A stretch of 64,000 bases of DNA from a virus, in IMG/VR virus record IMGVR_UViG_3300025156_000001, positions 4,757 to 68,756 of that record; one strand, given 5' to 3'. The translations under genes were made by a program, and so were the position numbers. Numbering within the stretch: the stretch's first letter is position 1; every line of letters begins with the position of its first letter. This document shows positions 36,735-47,500 of this stretch, in pieces. The notes under the pieces were generated by a model that made no database searches, was not told where the DNA came from, and saw only the letters and a program-made list of their open reading frames with translations.

Positions 36735-37000
36735 TCGCAATAAGCAAAGAGTTTAATTTACCTCTGGTAAATTCCCCATACTTCGACATCCCTGTCGTTG
36801 ATGAGTACTTCGTCGAACCACATGAGCATGGGTACAAAATCAGCGTGAGCAATGTAAAATTGCATAGGGTGCATATATATGGTTTGCCGAGCGTAGATGG
36901 TTATTCAGATGTATTGCTATCATCTATGCTCAACTATATTAAAGAAGGTATAGAAAGTAATTCAGACCAGTTGGAGGGCGTTGTAGATGTCACAGAGTAA
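36701..37000 (+). other. -1 frameshift extension of the tail assembly chaperone (slippery G GAT TTT at 36701-36707)
   Basis: The -1 frame opens immediately after TGA 36698-36700 and stays open for 99 codons to TAA 36998-37000 with no early start codon. Confidence 0.75.
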
Positions 37001-38804
37001 AGGTTTCAAAGTGAAGGGTGTAGACCCTATAACTGGGGCCAGTGTGACATATACGATTGGACCAGACGGTATTCCAAAAGGATTCTTTGACTATGTGCCG
37101 AATTCTGATAGTATTGATAGGATGGCACGTATTAGATTTAAGAGAATGCCAAATAGTTCTGTTGGTTCTGAGATATTTGATATAGGGTATAAACCGCCTG
37201 GATGGACAAGGACGCAAACTAGAAGGGACACATGGTTTAAAAGATTTATACCGGGTAGTAGGTCTGGTAAAACATCATTGGCATTCAGGAGGGTGACCAG
37301 TGGTATAATAAGGCCTAGGTATCGTACTAGACAGTTTGGGGGATATAAAGACTTCAAGGCTGGTATGAAGGGCGCATCGTCAATGAACGCTAGGATGGAA
37401 AAGATGATTGCACTTAGACAGACCATGTTAAAGAAAGGCTTTGATATAAATAGGTCCGGCACCGCCTTTGTCAGAGTGAAAAACGTCAGACTGGTATCCG
37501 GGGTTAAAAAACCAACAAAGGTTATGTTGGGCACAACGTCTCGGTCATTCGGTAGCGGAAAGATTGGAAGTAGGGCATTTAAAAGTGTAATTGGTAGGGC
37601 GGATTATATCGGTAAAATAGCAAAGACCATGAGGTCGAAAGGATTCGCATTAGATTCTATTGGCACTTCGTTTAAAAGAGTTAGAAATATATCAAGTGGG
37701 ATTTCTGGTAGTAGGATGAAATGGCTACAGACTAAAAGCAAATTGAATAATGCATATATCAATTCCGTACTTAAAAACAAAGTGGCCGGCAAAACTAGTA
37801 ACATCCTTGGTACCATAAAGGTATATGGTATGAAAACGGAATCGAGAATAAAGACAAAGGTATTTAGTGTTAGGAGTAAAACTGGCGGATATGTTAAGAA
37901 GATTTCGGGGGCTGGATTAGAGGGGAAAAAGCTCAAAGAAATAATAACAGGTAGTAATATCCTTAGCGGTTGGGCTGTTCCTAGGGTTAGTTATGGGCTC
38001 ATTAATATTAATATGCACAACTACGACGAGGTTTCATACAAACTTATAGAATACCAAGTATGGATTGCAAATATACACCCGCAACAGTTTGCTAGTGCAC
38101 TAAGGAAGAGCATACCAGCGCAGATTAAAAAGAAGTACAAGAATAGAAATCAGGGGCAATGGCCCATAAATGCACCAAATTGGAGGAGGACCAAAGCATA
38201 TTCTGGATATGATAAGAGGGTAATGCATCAGCACGATACCCGCCCAGATGACCACCCGTATGGGCAACCGTTGGCTTTATCGGTAGAAAAATCAGATAGT
38301 CATATACATGTAAATGTTGTTGGTGGTGCTGTAGTTGTGTCTGGCCTAGACGAAGCCTTCAAGTTCAATCCATATGTATGGTTCCATGAAATAGGCTTTT
38401 CTACAAGGGGCGTGAGAGTGCCAGCTAGGCCGTTTATTGCACCAGGTGTTCAAGAGGGTGTTGCGCAGGCAATGAGATGGGTAATGGATAGAAATCCGTC
38501 TACATCTACCAACTATGGTGTGTATTGGAACTCTAATAATGTATCTAGTTATGTTAATGCACAAAGAAATATAATGGGTAGGCTCGGTAGGTGGATATGG
38601 TGGTTTATGCCGCCTAGCGAATACTGGAAATATCTTGGTATATACGCCGATATAATGGCGACCTTAAAGGGCTATCTACTGAATCCATCAACTCTAGTTA
38701 AATTCCTATCTGCATTCGGACTTGGTAAACTCGGTGGTATGGTCGGTGTGCCGCTAACAAAGAAATCCCGTAGGAGGAGATTCAGACATAAGCTGTGGAG
38801 TTGA
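36987..38804 (+). CDS. tail completion/virion morphogenesis-like protein with long basic N-terminal extension
   Basis: WPINAP.W...K and PYVWFHEIG.....VPARPFI motifs of the Mu gpG / P2 gpS / HK97 gp10-like group in the C-terminal half. Confidence 0.65.
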   Translation: MSQSKGFKVKGVDPITGASVTYTIGPDGIPKGFFDYVPNSDSIDRMARIRFKRMPNSSVGSEIFDIGYKPPGWTRTQTRRDTWFKRFIPGSRSGKTSLAFRRVTSGIIRPRYRTRQFGGYKDFKAGMKGASSMNARMEKMIALRQTMLKKGFDINRSGTAFVRVKNVRLVSGVKKPTKVMLGTTSRSFGSGKIGSRAFKSVIGRADYIGKIAKTMRSKGFALDSIGTSFKRVRNISSGISGSRMKWLQTKSKLNNAYINSVLKNKVAGKTSNILGTIKVYGMKTESRIKTKVFSVRSKTGGYVKKISGAGLEGKKLKEIITGSNILSGWAVPRVSYGLININMHNYDEVSYKLIEYQVWIANIHPQQFASALRKSIPAQIKKKYKNRNQGQWPINAPNWRRTKAYSGYDKRVMHQHDTRPDDHPYGQPLALSVEKSDSHIHVNVVGGAVVVSGLDEAFKFNPYVWFHEIGFSTRGVRVPARPFIAPGVQEGVAQAMRWVMDRNPSTSTNYGVYWNSNNVSSYVNAQRNIMGRLGRWIWWFMPPSEYWKYLGIYADIMATLKGYLLNPSTLVKFLSAFGLGKLGGMVGVPLTKKSRRRRFRHKLWS

Positions 38805-40735
38805 ATATAATGGGTACATTTAAACAGGTATTTAGTTCCGAATTCGTTGCGGATACAACACAGGCGCAAACGTCAGTAGCTAGATTGGGTGCTACAATAG
38901 CTTCACTTGGCCCATTGATGAATTCATCTATGGCAGCCGTATCTTCTATTGCAAAAATGGCAGCTATAGGGTTTGCCGGTGTAACTGCTGCGGCTATGGG
39001 TTCAGTACTACTGGTCAGCGAGTTCAATAAAAATTTGGTCCACGCTGCCGCCCTTGGGGATTTAAACAAAACACAGATGGCTGCATTAGGGAATGAAATA
39101 GTTGGACTATCCGTTAAATATGGGCAGGCTGCTTCTGCTATTGCAGATGGTGTTGTTACACTTACAAAGGCCGGTCTTACCAACGAAGAGATAGCCATGT
39201 CTATGGATTCTATAACACAGGCCATGATGGCTAACGCTATATCATTTGAGGAAGCAGCAAATATAGCGGTGTATGCAACGAAGCAGTTTGGTGGTGGGGC
39301 TGGATTTTCTAATCTTACAACGCTCATGGATAAGATGCAGAAAGTTACACAGGAAACCGTTATGGACTTCACGGATTTACAGCAGGGCCTAGCCTATGCC
39401 GGTTCAACTGCAATGCTGGCAAATGTATCATTCGACCAACTACTTGCAATGCTTGGGACACTATCACAGAGAGCTATGGAAGCAGGTATAGGGGCGAGGT
39501 CACTAAACCAGATGATGCTATCACTGATAGAGAAGGCCCCAGAGATGCAGGAATGGCTAGATGAAATGGGGGCTGGATTCCAACTGATAACCGATGAAGG
39601 TCTACAAGTAGATAAAGTGTTGAGGTTCTTCAATGGCATGGACTCTGGATTCAAGGAACTGATAAAGTCGACCGATATATTCACAAAGAGGGGGCTAAGG
39701 TCGTGGGGTCTACTTATAACTGGTGGTGATGAATACCTCAAACTACTAGAGCAGGACTTACCCGGAGCAGCAGGCACACTAGAGAAAGTTTATAAAAAGC
39801 AGACAGAGAGTATAAGTTTTCAATTGAAACAGATGCTTAGGATGCTAACTGCGCCATTCCTAGCTTCAGAGTTCCAGGAAAAGATAACAGGCTGGATGTC
39901 AGACCCCAAAATAAAGAAAGGCGTTAAAGATATAGGCGAGTTACTATCGAAATATATATGGGCTTTCCTAGAGTGGACAATAAAGAACTCCAGTAAATTA
40001 ATTGATTTCGTAAAATCCGCTATAGAGTTTTCGTTTAATCTGTTGGAACCACTGTACAATATTGGGCAATTACTTATGGGTATGGGCGACTTCTTATTCA
40101 GAGTGTATATGACATATAAAATAATGATGGGTATGGGCTTGAGGGCTTTTATGGATGGTATAACCAGGTCATATGCCATGAGAAATAGAGCACAAGCTAC
40201 ATCAATAGCTCTCGCCGAGAAGGATGTGTTGACAACTGGAATGCAAATTCAACAGAGTAGATTACACACCCAGGCAATGATGGCAGAAAGGGCTATGTAT
40301 TTACAGATGGCTGGGGCGATGATAACAGCAGCAACTTCAGCATTTGTTCTTGGTAAAGCAATGGGTTTCGACCCGACTACAGCGATAACTAGTACATTGA
40401 TGTCCACCGTAATGGGTATGTATCTAGGGGGTATGGTAACCGGCGGTAGCCCCTGGGGTATTGCTGGTGGGGGTATTTTAATGGGTGGAACAACTCTTGC
40501 AACTTACCTAATAGCAGCTTCGCAGCACAAAGAGATTGAGAAGCCCAAATTATCAACAGCAAATCTATCTTACAGTACATCACCCTCTAGCTATTCTCTC
40601 GGTACAGCACCGTCATCACAAACTGGTAGTACAACGAACGTGACAGTAAACGTAAATGGATATGTAGGTAATGAAGAAAAGCTAGCAAAGATGACAGATA
40701 GATATATCGCGGCTAGAATAAACGGAGGTAGGTAA
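38795..40735 (+). CDS. tail tape measure protein (TP901-like core)
   Basis: Ala-rich helical; LTKAGL..EEI, FEEAANI, DLQQGLAYAG and AGIGARSL motifs; hydrophobic C-terminal segments. Confidence 0.9.
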   Translation: MELNIMGTFKQVFSSEFVADTTQAQTSVARLGATIASLGPLMNSSMAAVSSIAKMAAIGFAGVTAAAMGSVLLVSEFNKNLVHAAALGDLNKTQMAALGNEIVGLSVKYGQAASAIADGVVTLTKAGLTNEEIAMSMDSITQAMMANAISFEEAANIAVYATKQFGGGAGFSNLTTLMDKMQKVTQETVMDFTDLQQGLAYAGSTAMLANVSFDQLLAMLGTLSQRAMEAGIGARSLNQMMLSLIEKAPEMQEWLDEMGAGFQLITDEGLQVDKVLRFFNGMDSGFKELIKSTDIFTKRGLRSWGLLITGGDEYLKLLEQDLPGAAGTLEKVYKKQTESISFQLKQMLRMLTAPFLASEFQEKITGWMSDPKIKKGVKDIGELLSKYIWAFLEWTIKNSSKLIDFVKSAIEFSFNLLEPLYNIGQLLMGMGDFLFRVYMTYKIMMGMGLRAFMDGITRSYAMRNRAQATSIALAEKDVLTTGMQIQQSRLHTQAMMAERAMYLQMAGAMITAATSAFVLGKAMGFDPTTAITSTLMSTVMGMYLGGMVTGGSPWGIAGGGILMGGTTLATYLIAASQHKEIEKPKLSTANLSYSTSPSSYSLGTAPSSQTGSTTNVTVNVNGYVGNEEKLAKMTDRYIAARINGGR

Positions 40736-40736
40736 T

Positions 40737-41729
40737 ATGGCATTTCTTTTCCCGTGCGTATTGGTAGACAATATGGTATTTGCAGAATTGGCTTCCGACA
40801 TCGAGACAGAAGAAAAAAACAAATGGTCCACAACTTCAAATTCAGAGCTTCTGCCGAGCTTTGAGTACTTTAAGGCATATGACAACAAGAGGACACTTAA
40901 ACTCTCATACGACACGACTGCTGAAAGATATGCCCTAAAGGGTATAGATGGTGTAGATTTCGACCACACAACATGGAGTAACCCGTATGGCACAGATAGT
41001 GGGCACGAGTATAGCGATATAAGTTGGGCAACAAATATTGGTATGTGGATATATACCGATACACATGACTACAATGACGACTCAACGATGTTCAAGGTAT
41101 TGTACCACGATGTGAATAATAATGGCCCAAGCTACCTGTACTGGAACAGCTCTGTTGGTGAAACCAATAAATGGGTATGGTTCGATGATGAATTAACAAC
41201 TACAAATAAGAGAGTTGATAGGGTTGGTATTGGCATAGATAAGTCGGAGTCTGGTAATATATATATAAACACGATTGTAATATTCAAAAGGAAGTGCTCA
41301 AATGCCCAGGTGTATGATGCAAGTGACAATGGTGGTACAAATGCCGCAACGGGTGAGTACACATTCGACAACGGCTTAAAATTTACACTTACAGGCCTAG
41401 AAAACAGCGACAACTCGATAAAGATATCCGGTCTTATTCATGGTAGTGATTATAGGGAGGTGGAGAGACAGCTTATGATGATGAAGACAACTGGAGTAAC
41501 CATAGATAATATTCTCGGCAAACCAATGCCCAAGGTATCTTCTATGTCAGACTTCGGGGAAGTAAAACCGTATCTGTTCTACAGCGTGTATAATGCAAAA
41601 GGCGACTCGTCTAATAAAGAGATGGCGGCAACACCGGTAGTAATATCATCACTTAGTACAACACACCCACCCGGGAAGACGGGTATAATATCGTTTACGG
41701 CAGTACTAATTAAACTTGGTGGTGTATGA
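40737..41729 (+). CDS. distal tail (Dit-like) protein with carbohydrate-binding-like domain
   Basis: Position after the tape measure gene; IGMWIY...NKWVW...IYINTI CBM-like segment; C-terminal PGKTGIISFTAVL. Confidence 0.5.
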   Translation: MAFLFPCVLVDNMVFAELASDIETEEKNKWSTTSNSELLPSFEYFKAYDNKRTLKLSYDTTAERYALKGIDGVDFDHTTWSNPYGTDSGHEYSDISWATNIGMWIYTDTHDYNDDSTMFKVLYHDVNNNGPSYLYWNSSVGETNKWVWFDDELTTTNKRVDRVGIGIDKSESGNIYINTIVIFKRKCSNAQVYDASDNGGTNAATGEYTFDNGLKFTLTGLENSDNSIKISGLIHGSDYREVERQLMMMKTTGVTIDNILGKPMPKVSSMSDFGEVKPYLFYSVYNAKGDSSNKEMAATPVVISSLSTTHPPGKTGIISFTAVLIKLGGV

Positions 41730-43075
41730 TGTATAGGGTTGACCCAACAAAAGAACTGTCTTTAAAGATGTATACGCAACCATATTCCTGGTCGGAGGAC
41801 TACGAGGTAGACATTACACAGGATATAAAGGATGGTATGACATTACAGATGGAGCTTGGCGCATCATACTCGTTGTCTGTCACGGTAAGAAACGACAGAT
41901 TTAGGTTTATAGATACCGACTCACAGTATCATATGTTCAGGGGGCAGAAATTTAAACTCAAGTTTAATGACAAGGAGTACAAATTCACACTCGTTGAGCC
42001 ACCCTACTCAATCGCAGAGAATGAACTTACCCTCTCCCTTTCCGGCCCCTCTTATGAGCTAGCCCAATCAATTGCCCAGATAAGAGTTAAACCATCTACG
42101 GACGGGGTTTATTACCTTGAGGACATTTTATGGTCCGCTCTTTATGATACAGGTTTACAGAATTGGTTTGTAATAGATACCGATAGTGGATATTATCACC
42201 CATCCACATCTAATATGTACAAAAGACCAATAGATAATGACGTAGATGTCGTATACGACAAGGTAACTGTTCTCGAAATACTAAATGATTTGTGTGAGAG
42301 GAATGGGTATTCATGGTATATATCGTGCCCAACATCTATCGACCAGTCTGTTATACATATAGTTGACATACTATCTAATATGGAAGTACCACAAAGTGAT
42401 ATAGTGTATATTAGGACGAGGCATGATGCATCGGAAATAGGGGTGGAGAGAAGTATAGATTCAATATCCAATATTGTGTACTTTGATAAACTACCAATTA
42501 TACTTAGCGATGAGGATAGTATAGATGAATATGGTAAAAGAAACCCAACGAGAATAAGTATATCGGAAGAGAACACAGATGTTGACCTAATAGTTAATTA
42601 TGCCCAAAAATATCTAGATATATCTAAAGACCCAGACACTACTATCACTGTATCATGTCACGGTATAGCTGATATAGAAAGTGTAAACAAGTATATTAAA
42701 CTAGTTGGTGAAGATAACAAGTATGACAATACATATGGGATTGACAAAAAGTATAGGATTATTTCTATATCATACGATTTTTCGTCGTCCATAACAACAA
42801 TAGTATGTGGGAACAAATACAAATCAATATTAGCCGAGAAGATTATGGAACTTATAGCTGGCAATTCTAATATAAGTGATACAAACGACGCTATGGAGAT
42901 AGCAAAAAAGGTAGACGTAAGGATACAGGTAAACACAGTTGGTGCAAATATAGATGAGCCGAGTGTTACAACAACACATGGTGTTAGGGTTGGTATAGAC
43001 TATCTATACGACAGCACATATAGCCCGAACAGTAAAATATACTTCGAGGATGATGGTGTTAGAAATGGCAACTAG
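41726..43075 (+). CDS. baseplate hub / tail tip protein
   Basis: TVLEILNDLCE.NGY.WYI and DEDSIDEYG motifs; YRIISISY. Confidence 0.7.
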   Translation: MMYRVDPTKELSLKMYTQPYSWSEDYEVDITQDIKDGMTLQMELGASYSLSVTVRNDRFRFIDTDSQYHMFRGQKFKLKFNDKEYKFTLVEPPYSIAENELTLSLSGPSYELAQSIAQIRVKPSTDGVYYLEDILWSALYDTGLQNWFVIDTDSGYYHPSTSNMYKRPIDNDVDVVYDKVTVLEILNDLCERNGYSWYISCPTSIDQSVIHIVDILSNMEVPQSDIVYIRTRHDASEIGVERSIDSISNIVYFDKLPIILSDEDSIDEYGKRNPTRISISEENTDVDLIVNYAQKYLDISKDPDTTITVSCHGIADIESVNKYIKLVGEDNKYDNTYGIDKKYRIISISYDFSSSITTIVCGNKYKSILAEKIMELIAGNSNISDTNDAMEIAKKVDVRIQVNTVGANIDEPSVTTTHGVRVGIDYLYDSTYSPNSKIYFEDDGVRNGN

Positions 43076-43466
43076 TGCATACGTGACAAAGAACGGCCTC
43101 ACAGTTGTGAGTAATAGGATACTAATGGACTATATAAACGATGCATACACAGATAGGCTGTGTAAATGTAGAATGTGGTTTGATAAAGATTCAGATGGAG
43201 AAGAGGAATCATACATAGATGTAAAAGCTTATATAATAGAGGGTGAAGACGATAATGTAAAACCATCATATGGGTCCGGGTCAGATAATACATATGGTAC
43301 ATCCTATGACACAATAACATTGAAACTCAGGTTTGTCATACCAGAAAGGAAGGTAATATACAACGGTATGTCTGGAGAATATGAGACACTAACAGAAAAT
43401 ATAGACATAGTTAGACTTGAACTTATGACCAATAACGATATAATATTTGCAAAAGGAGTGGTGTAA
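43050..43466 (+). CDS. hypothetical tail protein
   Basis: 138 aa ORF in the tail module. Confidence 0.55.
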   Translation: MMVLEMATSAYVTKNGLTVVSNRILMDYINDAYTDRLCKCRMWFDKDSDGEEESYIDVKAYIIEGEDDNVKPSYGSGSDNTYGTSYDTITLKLRFVIPERKVIYNGMSGEYETLTENIDIVRLELMTNNDIIFAKGVV

Positions 43467-44456
43467 ATGTCAGACATAGAGGTTCCCTCTGGGAGCGATT
43501 TCGAGATAGAATTGGGTAGTCAATTAATAACAGACGCCTTTAGGGTAGTAGACTCTTTAAGTAATACACTATTTGAAGTTAGGGCGGATGGCACAATAGC
43601 CGGTAATGCAATAAAGGACGAAGATAATATGTCCTCAGATTCCGATGTGCATTTGGCTACACAACAGAGCATAAAAGCATATGTAGATGGGCAAGTACCA
43701 GATGACGCATCGGACTTACCCACCGATACTACTGGTTTTGATGGTATACTATCTACGTCAGAAGATACTGTTCAGAAAGCGTTGGATATCATAGATGACC
43801 ACGCCTCCGACCATACAACTGGTGGGTCTGGAGAAATAGATGGCGACAAACTGGATATAGATTGGAATCCGAGTAATTATGTCCCTAGTACTTCTCCCTC
43901 AGAAGTAGATAATTTGGACAATCTAACGGCGCATCTGAAAGGTATAGACGATGAGCTCGGCGATAAGGTTGATAGTACAACTGGATTGACTTCCGATTTC
44001 CCAGTAAATGAGAACGGTATAATCTTCGACGATTCTCTTAGTGCGCCTGCTAAGTACTCCGGGCTTATTATATCAGCACAGACACTAAAGACCAACCCAG
44101 GGCAGACAATAGCTGTTGGGGATTTATTGTTCCTTAACTCATTACAGCAATGGGAATTGACAAATGCAACAGCTACTTCTACAATGTTATGCGCAGGTGT
44201 GTCATTAGGCACATGTGGTGACAATACAACAAACGGAGACCAGAAGGTATTACTACAGGGGTTTATAAGGAAGAGCGGATATTCGTTTTCTATAGGCTCG
44301 CGCACCACAACGGATATATGTTATCCAGATACAATCGATGGGGCGGTAACACAATTAAAACCGAGTTCTAGTGGTAATGTCGTACAGCCTATAGGGTGGG
44401 CGAGGTCTAGTGATACAATGTACTTCTCCCCGGATTGGACATATACTATAGTGTAG
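43467..44456 (+). CDS. tail fibre-like protein
   Basis: IKDEDNMSSDSD..LATQQSIKAYVD fibre repeat; TVQKALD; C-terminal PSSSGNVVQPIG.A domain. Confidence 0.7.
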   Translation: MSDIEVPSGSDFEIELGSQLITDAFRVVDSLSNTLFEVRADGTIAGNAIKDEDNMSSDSDVHLATQQSIKAYVDGQVPDDASDLPTDTTGFDGILSTSEDTVQKALDIIDDHASDHTTGGSGEIDGDKLDIDWNPSNYVPSTSPSEVDNLDNLTAHLKGIDDELGDKVDSTTGLTSDFPVNENGIIFDDSLSAPAKYSGLIISAQTLKTNPGQTIAVGDLLFLNSLQQWELTNATATSTMLCAGVSLGTCGDNTTNGDQKVLLQGFIRKSGYSFSIGSRTTTDICYPDTIDGAVTQLKPSSSGNVVQPIGWARSSDTMYFSPDWTYTIV

Positions 44457-44464
44457 GTGGGTAA

Positions 44465-47400
44465 ATGACTACTTTGTTTGTTAGGGACGGGGTAATAATA
44501 TCCTTACAGGATGGGACTACAGTAAACTGTGATGTAGATGTAAACGTAGGTGGAACCATAAAGGCGGATACCATAGTCTCAGACCTAACATTCGGCTCGG
44601 ATTTTAATAACGATGGCGTAGCCGGAGCAAATAACCACACCGGCACAATAACAATATCCGGGACAGTCACTGGGTGTGGTGAATATCTAGGTGGTTTCTC
44701 AACTTACGAACCCGCCACATGTGGGACATTCAGTATAGACTACACCAAAAGATACGAATTCGATTGGGATGTAACAATAGCGAATGATAATGCACCGCAG
44801 TGCTGGAATGGGTTGCCAATATCTGCTGTAACAGATTATGGGCTCTATGTAACATCTAATAGGCTTATCTTTGATTACAATGGTAGCCCACAGACAACGC
44901 CACCAATGGGGGTATATCTGCACTCCTATGGTTCCGACCACCCAATAGGACTAACAGACACAAGCGCGCGTTGCTATCATTATACAACTTCATGGGCGGA
45001 AAAAACGTCAACCTTTACTATGGGCGATTCTAATATTATGCAGATTATGTCGACCAACTTATTCACATCTCTATATATAGATTTAGATACAAACGGTACC
45101 GGGGACTTTAAGACTGAATTGTACTATTACAATGGGTCGTGGGTCAAGCTACAGAATTCTGCCGACCATACGCTTTCCCTCCACTCCAACGGTGTCATAG
45201 AGTTTAATGCACCCTATGACTGGACCACTGTGCAAGACCCAGTCTCCGGTACCTTCACTGGATATGGTATACAGATTAAAGTAACGTCAGCACCAACGGT
45301 AAGCCCACAGATAGACCCCGTAAACAGTAATGTTTACACACAGGTTGTAGATGATTCAATATCCGAACCAACAAATATAATGGCTATGAAACAGGCATCA
45401 ATATCAACCCCGTCAGTATTTAGGCCGTCATCGACTATATCTGCCCAGTTCAACTCTGCTGAAATAGGTAGACTTAAAGATTCAGATGGATTTATAGTGT
45501 CGGGCGAATCCAGAGTTATAAGGGGTATATCTCTTACAAATAATAATGTACTACGTAGGAAGATAGTATCTCCAGTATCGGTGTCTATAACAAGTGCCAA
45601 TGTGGGTGCAAGTGATGGATATGTAGACATACCAAACACAAACCCCAAACCGGATATACCATTGGTTATGTATGCCACTAGCTCTGGAACATATAAGGGT
45701 GAATGTGTAAGATTCAGCAAGAATATATATGTGACCATATCGGGTTCAAACTGGAGAGTACATGGACTGAAAGGGTTACATTCATCGTACGACTACAAGT
45801 TCTACTACCTACCTATGGAAATTGATATGTCAAGTTCAGAGATAAACGGCGAGACGGTAAAAAGAATAGTTGGTGTTTTCGGCCCAACGCAGACAATGTC
45901 CTACCCAGAGGGTATATCAACAGGTATAGTGTCATCGTCGTGGACCCTTGAAGACCCCGATTCGATAGTGTATAATATGTCTAGCGGTAAATTCCTAGGG
46001 CACAAAGATTTATGGAATGAATATTATACAAAGGAAAAGACAAAGAGCGAAGAAAAGAAACCATATGTGGATATAGATTTACCCCCAATTATAGGCGGAC
46101 GAAATAATAGACATGAGGACGACGACAAGTTCTTAGTAAAAAGGATACATTTTGGTTCGAGGAGGATGCCAAGAACATATACCAGATTCTATATGTCTGA
46201 CGACCTCGGCGACAAATTCATAGTTAAAACACCCCTCGGCAAATCTTTTATCTTCTCATTCAATTCTATGGATAGATACCCCTCTACACTTATGAGGTTT
46301 TATAACCCTGGCGCCCTTTATAATGGCTCACTCGATTTGCAGATTTCGTTCAGTTTGGCGTCCGGTCTTAATGTTTCGGGTGTAGATTTTTATGTATGGA
46401 CAAACCCAGATGGTATAGGCAAATGGGAAAAGGTAGGTGGGACAGATATAAACTATGGGGATAGATATGAGGATATAAAGACTATACCTATAACCACGGA
46501 CCTAAGTGAACTCGGTAGGTATATATATGTCATGGCTGTATCCAAATTCCCAGAGTTTACACAGGCAAAAGGACTTATAGTAAACGGTGATGTTCCAGAG
46601 GAGGATTTGTCAAAGACATTTAATGAAATACATGAAGAGTTTACAAACAATGAATTTTCTGGGGAGAGGGATTTATCACAGGCATTGCCTTGGGAGCCAC
46701 AGAGTACACATATGTTATTTAATACAATGTTTGCAAGAATAATAACACATGGCACATCTGATTCCGCGACGGGGTATATGGATGGTATAGACTATACATA
46801 TGATGATTCCACACACAAAATTACATTTAGAACAACCGGCGAAAAACTCAATAAACTTATGGAGCGGAGAGTACATGTAACCGGAAGAAAATACTATACC
46901 ACTCCGGCAATAGTTAGTTCCAATGAAACATATACAGATATTGGTAAACTCGGTTCCACCAACGGTGAATGGAACAACGACGAGACAATAGAACCTAGAT
47001 ACACGGAAGCCGGATTCAACTTTGAATTTGCAATAAATGGTATACCATACTGCGGGGAATATGGTATACATGGTGTGTTTGTACATGGGGTTGAGAAGTA
47101 TATAGGGAAAAGCAACATGTTGTTTAAATACAGAGAAAGCTATGAGTACAGTTCGGAGAATGATTATAAGGATAACAAGATAAAAAGGCACAACCAGGGT
47201 ATGGGGTGCTATACGATAAGTGTTAAGGATATCTATAATACAGCGATGGAAACAATACTAGATGAAGACGATATATACATGTCACTATTCTATACATCGC
47301 TGACAAATAACTACTACATAGTAGACTATATAGTAGATACGGATTATGGTATCTTCTCTACATCCTTACTAGAAGAAAATTCTTTTACTACACCAAAAAG

Positions 47401-47500
47401 ATGTCCGAACTCGGATACAATATTCCCACAGGTACAACTAACGGTTGGATGGCCTAGAGGGGAGGAACCCTGGAAAACCATAGAGGAGGAGGAAGAATGA
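44465..47500 (+). CDS. large tail/receptor-binding protein
   Basis: 1011 aa beta-rich protein in the distal tail module; N-terminal module shared with the C-terminus of 30770..33298. Confidence 0.6.
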   Translation: MTTLFVRDGVIISLQDGTTVNCDVDVNVGGTIKADTIVSDLTFGSDFNNDGVAGANNHTGTITISGTVTGCGEYLGGFSTYEPATCGTFSIDYTKRYEFDWDVTIANDNAPQCWNGLPISAVTDYGLYVTSNRLIFDYNGSPQTTPPMGVYLHSYGSDHPIGLTDTSARCYHYTTSWAEKTSTFTMGDSNIMQIMSTNLFTSLYIDLDTNGTGDFKTELYYYNGSWVKLQNSADHTLSLHSNGVIEFNAPYDWTTVQDPVSGTFTGYGIQIKVTSAPTVSPQIDPVNSNVYTQVVDDSISEPTNIMAMKQASISTPSVFRPSSTISAQFNSAEIGRLKDSDGFIVSGESRVIRGISLTNNNVLRRKIVSPVSVSITSANVGASDGYVDIPNTNPKPDIPLVMYATSSGTYKGECVRFSKNIYVTISGSNWRVHGLKGLHSSYDYKFYYLPMEIDMSSSEINGETVKRIVGVFGPTQTMSYPEGISTGIVSSSWTLEDPDSIVYNMSSGKFLGHKDLWNEYYTKEKTKSEEKKPYVDIDLPPIIGGRNNRHEDDDKFLVKRIHFGSRRMPRTYTRFYMSDDLGDKFIVKTPLGKSFIFSFNSMDRYPSTLMRFYNPGALYNGSLDLQISFSLASGLNVSGVDFYVWTNPDGIGKWEKVGGTDINYGDRYEDIKTIPITTDLSELGRYIYVMAVSKFPEFTQAKGLIVNGDVPEEDLSKTFNEIHEEFTNNEFSGERDLSQALPWEPQSTHMLFNTMFARIITHGTSDSATGYMDGIDYTYDDSTHKITFRTTGEKLNKLMERRVHVTGRKYYTTPAIVSSNETYTDIGKLGSTNGEWNNDETIEPRYTEAGFNFEFAINGIPYCGEYGIHGVFVHGVEKYIGKSNMLFKYRESYEYSSENDYKDNKIKRHNQGMGCYTISVKDIYNTAMETILDEDDIYMSLFYTSLTNNYYIVDYIVDTDYGIFSTSLLEENSFTTPKRCPNSDTIFPQVQLTVGWPRGEEPWKTIEEEEE

